Below are positions 30,234 through 41,180 of a stretch of DNA of 64,000 nt, piece by piece. The first letter of the stretch is position 1. Every line of letters begins with the position of its first letter. The position numbers were made by a program, and so were the translations under genes. The notes under the pieces were generated by a model, which had not been told where the DNA came from, made no database searches, and saw only the letters and a list, made by a program, of their open reading frames with translations. This stretch comes from an uncultured Desulfobacterales bacterium (GTDB taxonomy: Bacteria > Desulfobacterota > Desulfobacteria > Desulfobacterales > QNYZ01), in contig CAZNZW010000004.1 in assembly GCA_964577615.1 (NCBI GenBank), positions 11,511 to 75,510 on the forward strand. Direction: 5' to 3'.

Positions 30234-31709
30234 ATGCTGCAGCTTTCGACAGTCGATCCCGTTAAAACTAAACTGGCCCTGCTCGTCATTCCGGTCGCCG
30301 AAGACAACCCCCTCGGCGGAGACCGGACCCTGACCGCCCTGATCCGGAAAGTCAAAGCGCTTAAAGAATTCAAAGGCGCCAGAGATGACTCCCTCATGCT
30401 TTACGAATCGCCGAAAATCAAGGCGGACCGCGTGCTCTTTCTTGGATTGGGGAAAAGCGGGGAAATCAACGCCGAGCGATTGCGCAGCATGGCCGGCGAG
30501 GCTGTGAAAAAAGCGATCGCCTCAGGCCTTGCCGACATCGCGTTTTTCATCCCGCCGGCCAGACATCTGCCTCTGGACAAAACACAGGTTCTGACAGCCA
30601 TTGCCGAAGGGGCCCGTCTGGCCAATCATCGGTTTGACAGATACAAGAAACCGACGCATCCGCCTTTAAAACGGATCAAGATGCTTGTCAGCGCCCCGGC
30701 CAAGGCCGGTGACCGCGCTCTGCTGGCCAGAATCGACACGGTCTGCGAAGGGACCCTGACGGCCCGGGACTGGATCAACACGACGGCCAATGATAAACCA
30801 CCGGCGGTTTTTGCCCGCGAAATTAAACGGATCGCGCTGAAAACCGGTCTGAAGGTCGATGTCTACGATGAGCGCTGGCTGAAAAAAACCGGGCTGAACG
30901 CGCTGCTGGCCGTGGCACAGGGAAGTGAAAACCGGCCCCGGCTGATGGTCCTGCGGCATCGTCCCGGGAAAGGTAAAAAACCGGTTGCCCTGATCGGCAA
31001 GGGGGTGACCTTTGACTCCGGCGGTATCAATCTCAAGCCTTCCGGATCCATCGAAACCATGAAATGCGATATGTCCGGTGCCGCGGCCGTTGCTGCCACG
31101 CTCATCACCGCCGCCCGGCTGAACCTGGCAACTCCCCTGGTTGGCGTGATTCCAATGGTCGAGAACATGCCGTCGGGCAATGCCATCCGACCCGGCGATA
31201 TCGTCAAATCGTGGCTGGGAAAAACCATTGAGATCGGCAACACCGATGCCGAGGGCCGGTTGATCCTGATCGACGCCATGGCCTGGGCCATCAAAAAGTT
31301 TTCACCGGCGGTCACCATCGACATGGCAACGCTTACCGGCGCCTGTGTCGTCGCGCTGGGGGAAAACATCGCCGGCACCTTCTCACCCGATGATGCGCTG
31401 GCCGATGCGCTGGTGCAGGCTGGCAGAGACGTTCATGAACGCTGCTGGCGGATGCCGCTCCCGGATGATTATAAAGAGCTGCTCAAAAGTGATTTTGCCG
31501 ATCTGAATAATATCAGCGCGACGCGATGGGGCGGCGCCATTACCGCGGCGCTGTTCCTGTCCGAATTCGTCAAGGATACCCGCTGGGCGCATATCGATAT
31601 CGCCGGCCCGGCTTTTTTAAAAAAAGGCGCCGCTTACGGGGAAGCCGGGGCCACCGGATTTGGTGTCCGGCTGATTTGCCGGTTTCTGGAATCGTTTAAA
31701 GGTGTTTGA
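30234..31709 (+). CDS. pepA: Leucyl aminopeptidase (M17)
   Basis: IGKGVTFDSGGINLKP, MKCDMSGAA and NTDAEGRLILIDA motifs. Confidence 0.92.
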   Translation: MLQLSTVDPVKTKLALLVIPVAEDNPLGGDRTLTALIRKVKALKEFKGARDDSLMLYESPKIKADRVLFLGLGKSGEINAERLRSMAGEAVKKAIASGLADIAFFIPPARHLPLDKTQVLTAIAEGARLANHRFDRYKKPTHPPLKRIKMLVSAPAKAGDRALLARIDTVCEGTLTARDWINTTANDKPPAVFAREIKRIALKTGLKVDVYDERWLKKTGLNALLAVAQGSENRPRLMVLRHRPGKGKKPVALIGKGVTFDSGGINLKPSGSIETMKCDMSGAAAVAATLITAARLNLATPLVGVIPMVENMPSGNAIRPGDIVKSWLGKTIEIGNTDAEGRLILIDAMAWAIKKFSPAVTIDMATLTGACVVALGENIAGTFSPDDALADALVQAGRDVHERCWRMPLPDDYKELLKSDFADLNNISATRWGGAITAALFLSEFVKDTRWAHIDIAGPAFLKKGAAYGEAGATGFGVRLICRFLESFKGV

Positions 31710-31829
31710 TAAAGGTATCTGCCCCCCCGTTTCCCGCCACAAAGAAATCCGGCCGGATGGGTCCGCAATCCGGGCGCCCGTCCGGCCGAATCTGCCGATT
31801 TCACGCCCCTGCTGGTTTCCAACGCCCGC

Positions 31830-32906
31830 CTATTTAAACCGGATATCCAGCTGATAAATATTGTCTTCCATGATAAACTGCTGCTCGACGATATAATCGT
31901 GTTCGGGAATCAGATCGACCACAACGCGTATCTTCGGCTTTTTTCCCGCATGTATCCCCAGGCGGATGGCCCGGACAATCCCCGTTCCATATTCGACCTT
32001 TTTTTTCATCCCCGGAGACAGGTGCAGCCCGAAAAAATCGCTGACCACCCGGGGACGCTCGCCTTCCAGCACCATGGTGTGGGGAAGATGATAATTATTT
32101 AACACGATCTTGACAGTTTGCCGGTCGGCCACAGGGGTTTCAACAAGGATGGCCCGGATGAGGTTGTCGTCCGCCGCCGGCTGTGCAGGCGCATCCATCG
32201 AGAATAACATGCCATGAGCCCATCCTGTCCGGCCATCCTCGGTGTTGATCTGGTACCATCCGTCACGGGAGGCACTCACGGAAACTTTGTCGCCCTGTTT
32301 CAGATAAAAGAGGGTTCTGGCATCTGTGGACGGGGATTGGCGGACCCGCCCCACCGGGATTTTGACGTATAGCGTCTCCGGGCCTGAAACCAGATCCGAC
32401 TTTGGGTCGGATTTGCGATCCATTGTTTTGCTGAGGGCCGGATCCGGATTCGGCTTCTCTTTCCCGGCAAGCAGCTCTCCATCCTTTTCCACCGCCGCTG
32501 ACGCCAGCGGACGATCCGCTGCCGCCTCCGGCAGAGGATCGTCGCTGGTTACCGTTTTGTCTGGTTTTTCACCGGCCAGGGCCGCAGAGGCGTCCTCCCC
32601 CCCGGTATCCGGGGCCGCCGGCGTCTTTTCCGCGTCAGTATCCGTGCCCCCTTCGGACGCCGTTTTCTCTTCAACAGGCTGCGGCAAGTCCGCTGACACC
32701 TCTTTATTTCCCGGCAACGCCGGATGCGGCGGTGTCACTTTGTAACGTGCCGGGGGCGCAACAGCCACCGCCGCCCCCCCCAACCCGGACTGCGCCTCCT
32801 TATCGTTGGCAAAAATATTGTATAAGATATAGCCAGCGCCAACAGCCACCATAAGCAGAACAATGGCCGCTCCCCAAAAACCCGGTTTATTTTTTTTATT
32901 TGTCAT
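31830..32906 (-). CDS. Membrane-anchored SH3 + AMIN domain protein
   Basis: N-terminal TM, an acidic/Pro low-complexity linker, a bacterial SH3-like segment (VRQSPSTDARTLFYLKQGDKVSVSASRDGWYQINTEDGRTGWAH) and an AMIN-like C-terminus (RPRVVSDFFGL...KIRVVVDL). Confidence 0.65.
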   Translation of the reverse strand: MTNKKNKPGFWGAAIVLLMVAVGAGYILYNIFANDKEAQSGLGGAAVAVAPPARYKVTPPHPALPGNKEVSADLPQPVEEKTASEGGTDTDAEKTPAAPDTGGEDASAALAGEKPDKTVTSDDPLPEAAADRPLASAAVEKDGELLAGKEKPNPDPALSKTMDRKSDPKSDLVSGPETLYVKIPVGRVRQSPSTDARTLFYLKQGDKVSVSASRDGWYQINTEDGRTGWAHGMLFSMDAPAQPAADDNLIRAILVETPVADRQTVKIVLNNYHLPHTMVLEGERPRVVSDFFGLHLSPGMKKKVEYGTGIVRAIRLGIHAGKKPKIRVVVDLIPEHDYIVEQQFIMEDNIYQLDIRFK

Positions 32907-33149
32907 ATCTGTCTCTTCTCAGGAACGAATGCATACTTTTTTTCTACCAAAAATGAAGTAAAAGAACAAGAGCATACGCTGGTTATGGTATCCACACGAA
33001 CACAATATCCCCGCTGTTTTCATTCTTGCATAAATATCGCATATGGAAAATTACCTTTTTTTGTGATATCAAGGAGTTTAACGATTGTCGATTCCGTTGA
33101 CCGGCGCCCACATTTTCACATAAGACCGCCACCTCAAAAGGAGACTTCC

Positions 33150-34841
33150 ATGGAAAAGGAAATCAGGTATGCGGATAAACCGTGGCTGGACAATTACGGA
33201 GAGGGAACCTCTGCTGAAATAGCATTCGAAGAAACGTGTCTACCGGCGTTTCTGGATGCATCCGCCCGCAGCTTCCCCAGCAGCACCGCCCTGATTTTTC
33301 AAGGGTATAAGATGGATTATCAGCATCTCAATCAGGCGGTAAATACGTTTGCCGCCCGTTTGACGCAATTCGGGATCCAAAAGGGGGACAGCGTCGCCAT
33401 CCACCTGCCCAATCTCATCCCCTGTGTTATTGCTTATTACGCCATCCTCCGAATCGGCGCGATAGCCGTGATGAACAATCCTCTTTACGCGGATCGGGAG
33501 CTGGCCCACCAGTTCAATGATTCAGAGGCAAAACTGCTTATTACCCTTGATCTTCTGGGAAACCGGATGATTGATTTAAGGCCCAGGACAAAAATCAAAC
33601 AGATCATCATTGCATCCATCGGCGATTACCTGCCCTTCCCAAAAAATTTACTGTTTCCCCTGATCGGCAAAAAAAAGGGACTGGCGGCCGATGTCAAGCC
33701 GGCATCGGATGTTTACAAATGGAAAACACTGATGGCCGGTGCGCCGGAAGCGGCGGCGGATGTCGAAATCGCCTTCAATGACACCGCCATGTATCAGTAT
33801 ACGGGTGGCACGACCGGTGTTTCCAAAGGCGTGATCCTGACGCATGCCAACCTGAGCAGCAATGTCCAGCAGGTGCGATCCTGGTTTCCAAAGTTTAAAC
33901 GAGGGGAAGAAATCATGCTGGGCGCCCTGCCCTTTTTCCATGTCTTCGGTTTGACCACGGCCATGAATTTTGCCGTATATATGGGCTGGGGCAATATTCT
34001 CGTTCCCAAACCCCAGCCCGCGCCCCTGCTGGACGCCATTGAAAAATTCAAACCGACTTTTGCCCCTCTGGTTCCCACCATGTATATCGGCATGCTCAAT
34101 CATCCCAAAATCAAACAGACGGATCTCACTTCGATCAAGGGATGTTTTTCAGGAAGCGCGCCCCTGCCCGTTGACGTGATTCGCGAGTTTGAGGAAAAGA
34201 CCGGCGCCCGCATTGTCGAAGGATACGGTTTGACCGAATCATCACCGGTCACGCATACGAATCCCTTTTCCGGGGGGAAACGTAAAGTGGGGAGTATCGG
34301 CCTGCCCCTTTCAGATACGGTCTGCCGTATTGTTGACCTTGAAACCGGTGAGACAGACATGCCAGTCGGTGAATCCGGGGAGCTGATTATCCAAGGCCCC
34401 CAGGTGATGCAGGGGTATCTCAACCAACCCGGCGAAACAGAAAAAACCCTTACGGATGGCTGGCTGCATACCGGCGATATTGCCCGGATGGATGAAGAAG
34501 GGTATTTTTATATTGTTGACCGGAAAAAAGACATGATTATCTGCGGGGGCTACAATGTCTATCCCCGGGATATCGAAGAAGTCCTTTTTGAACACCCCTT
34601 AATCGTCGAAGCGGCGGCCATCGGTGTTCCCCATCCCACCCGTGGCGAACAGGTCAAAGCTTTCATCGTTCTCAAAGAGGGCGAAACAGCGACCGAAGCG
34701 GAAATCATTGCATACTGCAGGGAAAAACTGGCCACCTACAAACTGCCGACCCAGATCGAATTCAGAGACGCCCTGCCGAAAACCAACGTTGGCAAGATTC
34801 TCAAAAAAGATCTGAGACAGGAAAAAGAGGAACTGGCATAA
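33150..34841 (+). CDS. fadD: Long-chain-fatty-acid--CoA ligase
   Basis: The start is set at [12 protein letters not shown] (AAAGGAG SD). [28 protein letters not shown] and [12 protein letters not shown] motifs. Confidence 0.88.
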   Translation: MEKEIRYADKPWLDNYGEGTSAEIAFEETCLPAFLDASARSFPSSTALIFQGYKMDYQHLNQAVNTFAARLTQFGIQKGDSVAIHLPNLIPCVIAYYAILRIGAIAVMNNPLYADRELAHQFNDSEAKLLITLDLLGNRMIDLRPRTKIKQIIIASIGDYLPFPKNLLFPLIGKKKGLAADVKPASDVYKWKTLMAGAPEAAADVEIAFNDTAMYQYTGGTTGVSKGVILTHANLSSNVQQVRSWFPKFKRGEEIMLGALPFFHVFGLTTAMNFAVYMGWGNILVPKPQPAPLLDAIEKFKPTFAPLVPTMYIGMLNHPKIKQTDLTSIKGCFSGSAPLPVDVIREFEEKTGARIVEGYGLTESSPVTHTNPFSGGKRKVGSIGLPLSDTVCRIVDLETGETDMPVGESGELIIQGPQVMQGYLNQPGETEKTLTDGWLHTGDIARMDEEGYFYIVDRKKDMIICGGYNVYPRDIEEVLFEHPLIVEAAAIGVPHPTRGEQVKAFIVLKEGETATEAEIIAYCREKLATYKLPTQIEFRDALPKTNVGKILKKDLRQEKEELA

Positions 34842-36448
34842 TGGTCGACTTCAACTTCACGGACATGTTCCCCCTCGCGGCAGACACCACCACCTACCGC
34901 CGCCTGGAAACCGATACAATATCCACGGCCACTTTTAACGGCGAACCGATTGTCAAGGTTGACCCCGGCGGATTGACACTTCTGGCCGAAACCGCTTTCC
35001 GGGACGTTTCTCATCTGCTGCGCACCGCGCACCTTGAATCACTGGCCAGAATCATAAAGGCCGCCGATGCGTCGGACAACGATCGCTATGTGGCGCTGGA
35101 AATGATTAAAAACGCGGTAATCGCCGCGGAAATGGAATTTCCCATGTGCCAGGACACGGGAACAGCCATCATCATCGGCAAAAAGGGGCAACGCGTATGG
35201 AGTGGGGACACCGATGCCAAGGCACTGTCCCGCGGTGTTTTCAATGCCTATACCGGGAACAACCTGCGTTATTCCCAGAATGCCCCGCTGACGATGTATG
35301 AAGAAAAAAATACCGGATGTAACCTGCCCGCCCAGATCGACCTGTATGCCACGGCCGGGGATGCCTATACTTTCCTGTTCATTGCCAAGGGCGGCGGGTC
35401 GGCCAACAAAACCTATCTCTACCAGGAAACCCGGGCCGTCCTGACCCCCGACAGTCTTGTTGATTTCATGCGCGCCAAAATGAAAACCCTGGGAACGGCC
35501 GCCTGTCCCCCGTACCATCTGGCCTTTGTCATCGGCGGCACATCGGCGGAAATGACCCTGAAAACAGTCAAACTGGCCTCGACCGGATACCTCGACGGGC
35601 TGCCGACTTCAGGCAGTGCCACCGGCCATGCCTTCCGGGATACAGCGCTGGAAAAGACCGTGCTGGCGCTTTCCCGGGACCTCGGGATCGGCGCCCAGTT
35701 CGGCGGCAGATATTTCTGCCACGACGTTCGGGTGATCCGGCTTCCCCGCCACGGCGCCTCCTGCCCCATCGGCATCGGGGTCAGCTGCAGCGCGGACCGG
35801 AACATCAAAGCCCGGATCACGGCGGACGGCATGTTCCTGGAACAGCTCGATACCGATCCGGCCCGGTTTCTGCCGGCACCCGCGTCGGCCGACGAAAAAG
35901 CCGTGGCCATCGATCTGAACCAGCCCATGGGCAAGATCCGGGAAACGCTCACCCGGTATCCGGTGGCCACCCGGTTGTCCCTCAGCGGCCAGATCGTTGT
36001 TGCGCGCGATATCGCCCACGCCAGGCTCAAAGAACAGCTCGATCAGGGCGGTGATCTGCCCGATTATCTGAAAAAACATATTATCTACTATGCCGGGCCG
36101 GCCAAAACGCCGCCCGGATACGCATCCGGATCATTCGGTCCCACAACGGCCGGACGCATGGATCCGTATGTGCCCCTTTTCCAGAAAAAAGGCGGCTCGC
36201 TTGTGATGCTGGCCAAGGGCAACCGGTCCAGGATAGTAACGGATGCCTGCAGGGAAAACGGGGGATTTTATCTGGGATCAATCGGCGGGCCTGCCGCCCG
36301 CCTGGGAAAGGATTGTATCACTAAAGTTGAGACACTGGCTTACCCTGAGCTGGGAATGGAAGCGATCTTCCTGATTACCGTCAAGGATTTTCCAGCATTT
36401 GTCATCGTGGACGACAAAGGTAACGATTTTTTTGAAAATTTGATGTAA
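34841..36448 (+). CDS. Class I (Fe-S) fumarate hydratase, fused alpha/beta
   Basis: [20 protein letters not shown] and a C-terminal GPTTAGRMD segment. The ATG overlaps the fadD TAA by 1 nt. Confidence 0.9.
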   Translation: MVDFNFTDMFPLAADTTTYRRLETDTISTATFNGEPIVKVDPGGLTLLAETAFRDVSHLLRTAHLESLARIIKAADASDNDRYVALEMIKNAVIAAEMEFPMCQDTGTAIIIGKKGQRVWSGDTDAKALSRGVFNAYTGNNLRYSQNAPLTMYEEKNTGCNLPAQIDLYATAGDAYTFLFIAKGGGSANKTYLYQETRAVLTPDSLVDFMRAKMKTLGTAACPPYHLAFVIGGTSAEMTLKTVKLASTGYLDGLPTSGSATGHAFRDTALEKTVLALSRDLGIGAQFGGRYFCHDVRVIRLPRHGASCPIGIGVSCSADRNIKARITADGMFLEQLDTDPARFLPAPASADEKAVAIDLNQPMGKIRETLTRYPVATRLSLSGQIVVARDIAHARLKEQLDQGGDLPDYLKKHIIYYAGPAKTPPGYASGSFGPTTAGRMDPYVPLFQKKGGSLVMLAKGNRSRIVTDACRENGGFYLGSIGGPAARLGKDCITKVETLAYPELGMEAIFLITVKDFPAFVIVDDKGNDFFENLM

Positions 36449-36566
36449 CGGGCGCTGACTGACCCGGAGCAGGCGCCAACCCGGGCCAGTCAATCAACGC
36501 GTATTTACCCATGCCCGCAGTCCCGGGCAACGGCATGCTTCAGAAAAACAGGCCGACTAGACGCCA

Positions 36567-36881
36567 TTAAAAAACCATGTATCGGTCAACCTCGTGGATC
36601 ATTTCCGCGTGCCTCGCCTGGGTGGCAAAATCCTTGAACCCGACGCCCGGCACTTCGTCCTCGCGGCCATGAAAGCCATAGGCCCGGAAGCTGACGTCAC
36701 ACACGGACAGCCTGGCCTTTCCCACCAGCCGTTTGAACGCCGGCTCCAGGGTTAAATAAACGCCTTTCCCGGAAAAAAATATACGCACGTCCTTGCCCTT
36801 TGCGTGGGCCGCTTCAGTCAGATTGACCAGTTCATCGAGATGTTTATTTGAGCTTACCAGAATGCCAAGTGTATCAGCCAT
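36567..36881 (-). CDS. DsrE-like sulfur-relay protein (Cys-containing)
   Basis: 104 aa with GILVSS...GKDVRIFFSGKGV and a conserved-looking Cys in LSVCDVSFRAYG. This is the last gene of the YeeE-TusA operon. Confidence 0.6.
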   Translation of the reverse strand: MADTLGILVSSNKHLDELVNLTEAAHAKGKDVRIFFSGKGVYLTLEPAFKRLVGKARLSVCDVSFRAYGFHGREDEVPGVGFKDFATQARHAEMIHEVDRYMVF

Positions 36882-36960
36882 TTTTATCCCCTTCTTTAAA
36901 ACAGATACCCGCGTGTCATTTTTTAAAATAACAGGTCCGGGTTTTTACGCTCAGCCCCGT

Positions 36961-37134
36961 CTACCACCAGCTGACAACCTTATCATGTGAAAAGATATCG
37001 TCGACCAGTTGAGACCAGTCTACATTGTCTTTGTATAATGCGACCGAAGCGGCTTCTTCACCACTGGATACGGATTCGCTTAACTGCGTAACGACCGCAT
37101 CCGGCTCACTGCGAAATATATTCAGTACCTTCAT
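36961..37134 (-). CDS. 57-aa ORF not in the ORF track; minimal DsrH/TusB-like protein?
   Basis: Manual translation gives MKVLNIFRSEPDAVVTQLSESVSSGEEAASVALYKDNVDWSQLVDDIFSHDKVVSWW. An AGGAGA SD lies 6 nt upstream of the ATG (37134). It fills the gap between two DsrE-like genes on the same strand. Confidence 0.6.
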   Translation of the reverse strand: MKVLNIFRSEPDAVVTQLSESVSSGEEAASVALYKDNVDWSQLVDDIFSHDKVVSWW

Positions 37135-37144
37135 TGTTATTCTC

Positions 37145-37438
37145 CTAAAACGGAATAATCGTATCCGCTGATTTAATCTTTTCGCCGACTTCCGCCATCG
37201 TTACCGGCTGGAATCCATGTTTTTCGACATTGGCCGGGACATTTGAAAAGCGTTCCCCTTCCATTTCGTCCAGAAAGCCCATGTTGTCGCTGTAGGCTTC
37301 ATCCATATTGGCGATCTCATGATCGAGTACGAACATCTGCACTTCGGTCATTTCAAGCAGCAATCCCAGGCTGGTTCGCAGGCCTTCGTATTGCTTTTCG
37401 ACATCCTTGATCAGCACAGCTACCTTTTTCATGGCCAT
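37145..37438 (-). CDS. DsrE/DsrF-like family protein (no Cys)
   Basis: 97 aa with KKVAVLIKD...EGLRTSLGLLLEMTEVQMFVLD. The start abuts the TusA stop. Confidence 0.55.
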   Translation of the reverse strand: MAMKKVAVLIKDVEKQYEGLRTSLGLLLEMTEVQMFVLDHEIANMDEAYSDNMGFLDEMEGERFSNVPANVEKHGFQPVTMAEVGEKIKSADTIIPF

Positions 37439-37684
37439 CTACCCTTTCTGAATAAAGTATCGCGTGTATCCATCCGAGACATCGATCATGCCGAGAAACG
37501 TGTTGCCCCCTTTGTTGCCAAAGTCGGGGATATCGTTTTTTGACCCCGGGTCCGTCCCCTGGATTTCCAGAATCTGTCCTGCGGACAGGCCCTTCAGGGT
37601 TTTTTTGGTTTTCAGCATCGGCATGGGACAGGTCAGTCCCTTGGCATCCAGTACCTGATCCGGTTTAATATCTGCAACATCCAT
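37439..37684 (-). CDS. TusA/YeeD-like sulfurtransferase
   Basis: The start is set at MDVADIKPD (ATG 37684, AAAGGAGA SD). The CPxP active site is in GLTCPMPMLKTKK. Confidence 0.88.
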   Translation of the reverse strand: MDVADIKPDQVLDAKGLTCPMPMLKTKKTLKGLSAGQILEIQGTDPGSKNDIPDFGNKGGNTFLGMIDVSDGYTRYFIQKG

Positions 37685-37709
37685 TTTTTTTCTCCTTTTC
37701 CAATGTGAG

Positions 37710-38906
37710 TTAAAAAATAACAAATTTTTCGGACGATTCGTTCCAGAGGGCCACAAACACCCAGAACAATAAAAAAATCAAAAATACCGGAATGGTCACA
37801 TACCAGGAAATCAGGTCCGGGATAAACACGCCGTTACCCAGTTTGTCAAAGATACCGATCTTTTTGAAAAGCGTCGCGGCAATGGAATTGGTCAGGGCAA
37901 AGGTGACCAGCGTCACCAGCAACTTGGTATGGCCTTCACCCACCCGCCAGAGTGTACTGCTGGCACACCCGCCGGCAAGAAGCATGCCGATACCGAAAAT
38001 CATGCCGCCCAGCAGGCTGCCGACCCAGAAATTATGATAAACGCCGGTCATGGGATCCTGGATAAAGCTCCATTTGATCACCGCCGCGCCCAGTCCGTAC
38101 ACCATCAGGCTCAGGGCCACGGCCTTGACCGTTTCGGCCTCGCCGGTCATCAGCGGGCATCGAAATGCGCGGACAAAACAGAACCGCGCCCGGTGCATGA
38201 CAAATCCGATCAGAAAACCGAAAAACAGCAGACCGCCATTAACAGTGGCCTCCAGGGCCGCGTACAGATAAAAAACCGCCACAACAATCAGCATGAGGGT
38301 CCCACCGGCAACAGGCTGCACACGATTCCAGTCGATCCCTTCGGTTTTCGGCTTTGTCGCCAGGGTAAACCAGCCCTGCGGCAGATGCTCCATTTCCCAG
38401 AGAAGATACCGCAGGCCGAGATAGGCACCGGCGCCCAGGCCAAACATCATGGCGATGCCCCCCAGGTCAAAAACAGCCAACGCAGTATAAAACCCGCCGA
38501 CATTACAGCCAGCGGCCAGAACCGCTCCGGTTCCCATCAGCACGCCGCCGGCAAGGGCTTTGACGTATTCAAACGCCGGCGCCCGCCGTACCTTGAACTG
38601 GCGGCTCATCAAAGCCGAAACAAGGGCACCGACAAACAACCCGAAATTGGACAGCGACATGGGCGACATCCAGGGCGGAAACGGGGGATGGGTCTTGTAA
38701 ATTCCCAGAATATAGAGGATCCAGTTTCCCCAGTTCCGGTACCCGCCGGCAATGCCCCAGGGGCTGCCGCCCCAGAGGTAAATCTGCAGGGCCAGAACAG
38801 CAATAAACAGCCCGGCCAGCCAGACCGGCCAGTCCTTTTCAAACAGAACCGAATACCCTTTCCGGCTTTCCGATTTGATCGTACCGATAAAATTGTCACT
38901 TTCCAC
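37710..38906 (-). CDS. YeeE/YedE-family sulfur-compound (thiosulfate-type) transporter
   Basis: Two sulf_transp halves with the conserved Cys motifs LAAGCNVGG and LLAGGCASS. Paired with a TusA-like gene. Confidence 0.85.
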   Translation of the reverse strand: MESDNFIGTIKSESRKGYSVLFEKDWPVWLAGLFIAVLALQIYLWGGSPWGIAGGYRNWGNWILYILGIYKTHPPFPPWMSPMSLSNFGLFVGALVSALMSRQFKVRRAPAFEYVKALAGGVLMGTGAVLAAGCNVGGFYTALAVFDLGGIAMMFGLGAGAYLGLRYLLWEMEHLPQGWFTLATKPKTEGIDWNRVQPVAGGTLMLIVVAVFYLYAALEATVNGGLLFFGFLIGFVMHRARFCFVRAFRCPLMTGEAETVKAVALSLMVYGLGAAVIKWSFIQDPMTGVYHNFWVGSLLGGMIFGIGMLLAGGCASSTLWRVGEGHTKLLVTLVTFALTNSIAATLFKKIGIFDKLGNGVFIPDLISWYVTIPVFLIFLLFWVFVALWNESSEKFVIF

Positions 38907-38986
38907 GGCGATGTTCTCCCGGCTGACACTCTGCGGGTGATTATTCCGGTAAATCGTTCAGCACCCGCCAGTTGCTCTTTTCTGAT

Positions 38987-39022
38987 AAAAGCCGGCATCC
39001 ATTAATAATGCAAATGCCGGCG
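38987..39022 (-). terminator. Rho-independent terminator (second of two hairpins after the porin gene)
   Basis: On the minus strand: stem GCCGGCAT / ATGCCGGC (39022-39015 / 38999-38992) followed by TTTT. Confidence 0.55.
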
Positions 39023-39040
39023 TCAATTCCAGTATTCAAG

Positions 39041-39077
39041 AAATTCAACCGACACCACAGGCGCCGGTTGAATTTCG
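39041..39077 (-). terminator. 12-bp perfect hairpin directly after the porin stop
   Basis: GAAATTCAACCG (39041-39052) / CGGTTGAATTTC (39066-39077) with a 13-nt loop. There is no long U tract. Confidence 0.45.
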
Positions 39078-39101
39078 TCTCTGTGTTTTCTCAATCCGGG
39101 T

Positions 39102-40919
39102 TTAAAACCGCATTGTTATAGACAGGTAGGCCGTCCAGACATCATCCACCACGGCATTTAAAGCATCAAGACCCGTGGCGTCTTTGATTTTGACCGGTTT
39201 GCCCAGCGGATTACCGCTGCCCGTATACTCGTAATCGTAATACTGCCCGCCAAGCTTGACAAAGAAATGCTGTCCAAAAATCGGCTGGATGTAATACGCT
39301 TCGTAAACGCTGCCCCGAACGGCCAGCTTGCTGCCCACCAGGGAGTCTTCGGCGCCGGTAAAGTTAAACCAGTACTTCGATCCCCAGTTGTATTCAAGAC
39401 CCAGACGCCCGTCTTTCGGCATGGGAAAGAGCACGCCGGCATATACATTGTATCCGTCATGGCTCTTAAGCTCGCCGTTGGAGCTGAGCAGCCCCTGGCC
39501 CATCATTTCATAGAAAGGATTGCGGGAAATTCGATCCGGACTCGTATGGGTCCACGATCCGGCAAAGAAGAAATCGATATCGGCAAACATTTCCGAGAAA
39601 TTGGTCCGTAATAAAAAGGTGGCCGCGTCCCAGTCGCCCAGATTGGTCGAAGGTTCCATGCGGGTGATAAAACCGCCGTTATTAGGTGTGAAGTAGTATT
39701 CGTTTTTCCCGTCTCCATTGGTATCCTGGCGGGAAATGATAAACGGCATGACCGTCAGGCCGGTAAACCCATCGGTAATATCCCAGGCATGGGCATAATT
39801 CAAAACCGCGCTGGTCATATCGTTATCGAACAGGGTGGCAATGAAACCTGCCAGATGGACATCATCCACCTGCGGGCGGGTTTCGTTGAGCGAAAAGGTG
39901 TTGCCCCAGTCGCCTTCAAATCCGACGCCGTAACAGAGTTTAAAAGCCGCTCCCGGGATCCCGGTGGCATCTTCCAGCCCGAAATTCAGGGACGCGCCGT
40001 CAAACTGCCAGTTGATAATCGTTCTCAGTGGAGATCCGCCCTCCAGGCTGTAGTTGCCGTATTCCGCCGGCGGGCCTTCAGTCGCCGGGCGACGCCCCAG
40101 TGAGAAATTGATCGGCACGGGCCCGACCGTCTTTTTATAGTTAAAATAGGCCCGTTCCAGACGGAGAACATCCCCATGAGGCAGGCTGCTCGTGTTCCCG
40201 TCAAACGTGACGTCCCCCAGGCTGCCCTGGTTGAATTTTACGCCGGTACTGTCTCCAAATACTTTATAGGCGGACAGCCGTCCGGCAAAATTCAGGCTCG
40301 AGTTGAATTTTGCCTTCATACCGAGCCGAAACCGGTTCGTAAAAATGACATCATTATCGGCATCATGTTTTTCGGCCGGAGGCACCATGCCGGCATAATT
40401 CATCAAGCCCATCATGCCCTGAATCTGCCCCAGCGTCGCGCCGTTAAAGCCGCCACTCATCTGGCCCATCATCTGCTGTACCTGGGCCGGGCTCATCATC
40501 TGCATGAGTCCCTGAAAATCGGCCGCGCCCATGCCGGCCACCTGGGGATTCACATTGGTGAAAAAGCTGTTGATCATCTGGCCGGGCGCCATCCGGGTAT
40601 CGCTGTAATGCAGAGAATCGGCTTTGGTTCTCAATTCCACACCAAAAGAGACTTTGTCGGTCGCCGTGTGGATTTCGGCCTTATTCAGCCGCTCATCCAT
40701 TTCTTTGATTCGTTTGGTCTTTTTAGCGTCTGTCGTCTGTAGTTTTTCCAGTTTATCCTGCACCTGTTTCACCTGGTCGGATAAAACTTTCAACTGATCC
40801 TTCAGCGCCTGAATATCATCAGACGCCCAAGCACCGGGTGCCGCCATCAACATCAATAGCAAAAAGATTCCACACCGCCCCAATAAGCGCATTCCCCCAT
40901 ACTTGCCGTTTTTCCTCAT
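39102..40919 (-). CDS. Outer-membrane beta-barrel porin with an N-terminal coiled coil (DUF3373-like)
   Basis: The start is set at MRKNGKYGGMRLLGRCGIFLLLMLMAAPGAWA (signal peptide, AGGAGG SD). Coiled coil LKDQLKVLSDQVKQVQDKLEKLQ, alternating beta-strand pattern and a C-terminal Phe (SITMRF). Confidence 0.65.
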   Translation of the reverse strand: MRKNGKYGGMRLLGRCGIFLLLMLMAAPGAWASDDIQALKDQLKVLSDQVKQVQDKLEKLQTTDAKKTKRIKEMDERLNKAEIHTATDKVSFGVELRTKADSLHYSDTRMAPGQMINSFFTNVNPQVAGMGAADFQGLMQMMSPAQVQQMMGQMSGGFNGATLGQIQGMMGLMNYAGMVPPAEKHDADNDVIFTNRFRLGMKAKFNSSLNFAGRLSAYKVFGDSTGVKFNQGSLGDVTFDGNTSSLPHGDVLRLERAYFNYKKTVGPVPINFSLGRRPATEGPPAEYGNYSLEGGSPLRTIINWQFDGASLNFGLEDATGIPGAAFKLCYGVGFEGDWGNTFSLNETRPQVDDVHLAGFIATLFDNDMTSAVLNYAHAWDITDGFTGLTVMPFIISRQDTNGDGKNEYYFTPNNGGFITRMEPSTNLGDWDAATFLLRTNFSEMFADIDFFFAGSWTHTSPDRISRNPFYEMMGQGLLSSNGELKSHDGYNVYAGVLFPMPKDGRLGLEYNWGSKYWFNFTGAEDSLVGSKLAVRGSVYEAYYIQPIFGQHFFVKLGGQYYDYEYTGSGNPLGKPVKIKDATGLDALNAVVDDVWTAYLSITMRF

Positions 40920-41090
40920 CATCTCCTCCTGTAGATATGGATCCAATTAAAAAACCGGGCCGTAGTGCCTACCGCCCACTTCAACAAATACCTGCATTTC
41001 CGGTTTTTCCATATGCGCAGTAAAAAAAATCCAAAAATACCGACCGGACCCAATCACTGGCATGTAAAACCAGACTGTCCCTTATCAAAA

Positions 41091-41109
41091 GATTGAAATT
41101 TCTTCAATC
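41091..41109. promoter_or_regulatory. Palindrome GATTGAA-N5-TTCAATC upstream of the porin gene
   Basis: Perfect 7-bp arms located about 170 nt upstream of the porin start. Confidence 0.3.
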
Positions 41110-41180
41110 ACCGTCGGTTATTTTCATATTATGAACATTTTCCCTGCCTGCCGGCGGCTGAAAACAAAACACCCGCCGCA

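Noticed and set aside
37929-39005. 358-aa ORF on the plus strand
   Set aside because: It lies antisense to the YeeE-family gene. It has a low-complexity His/Gly/Pro/Arg-rich translation and no start context.
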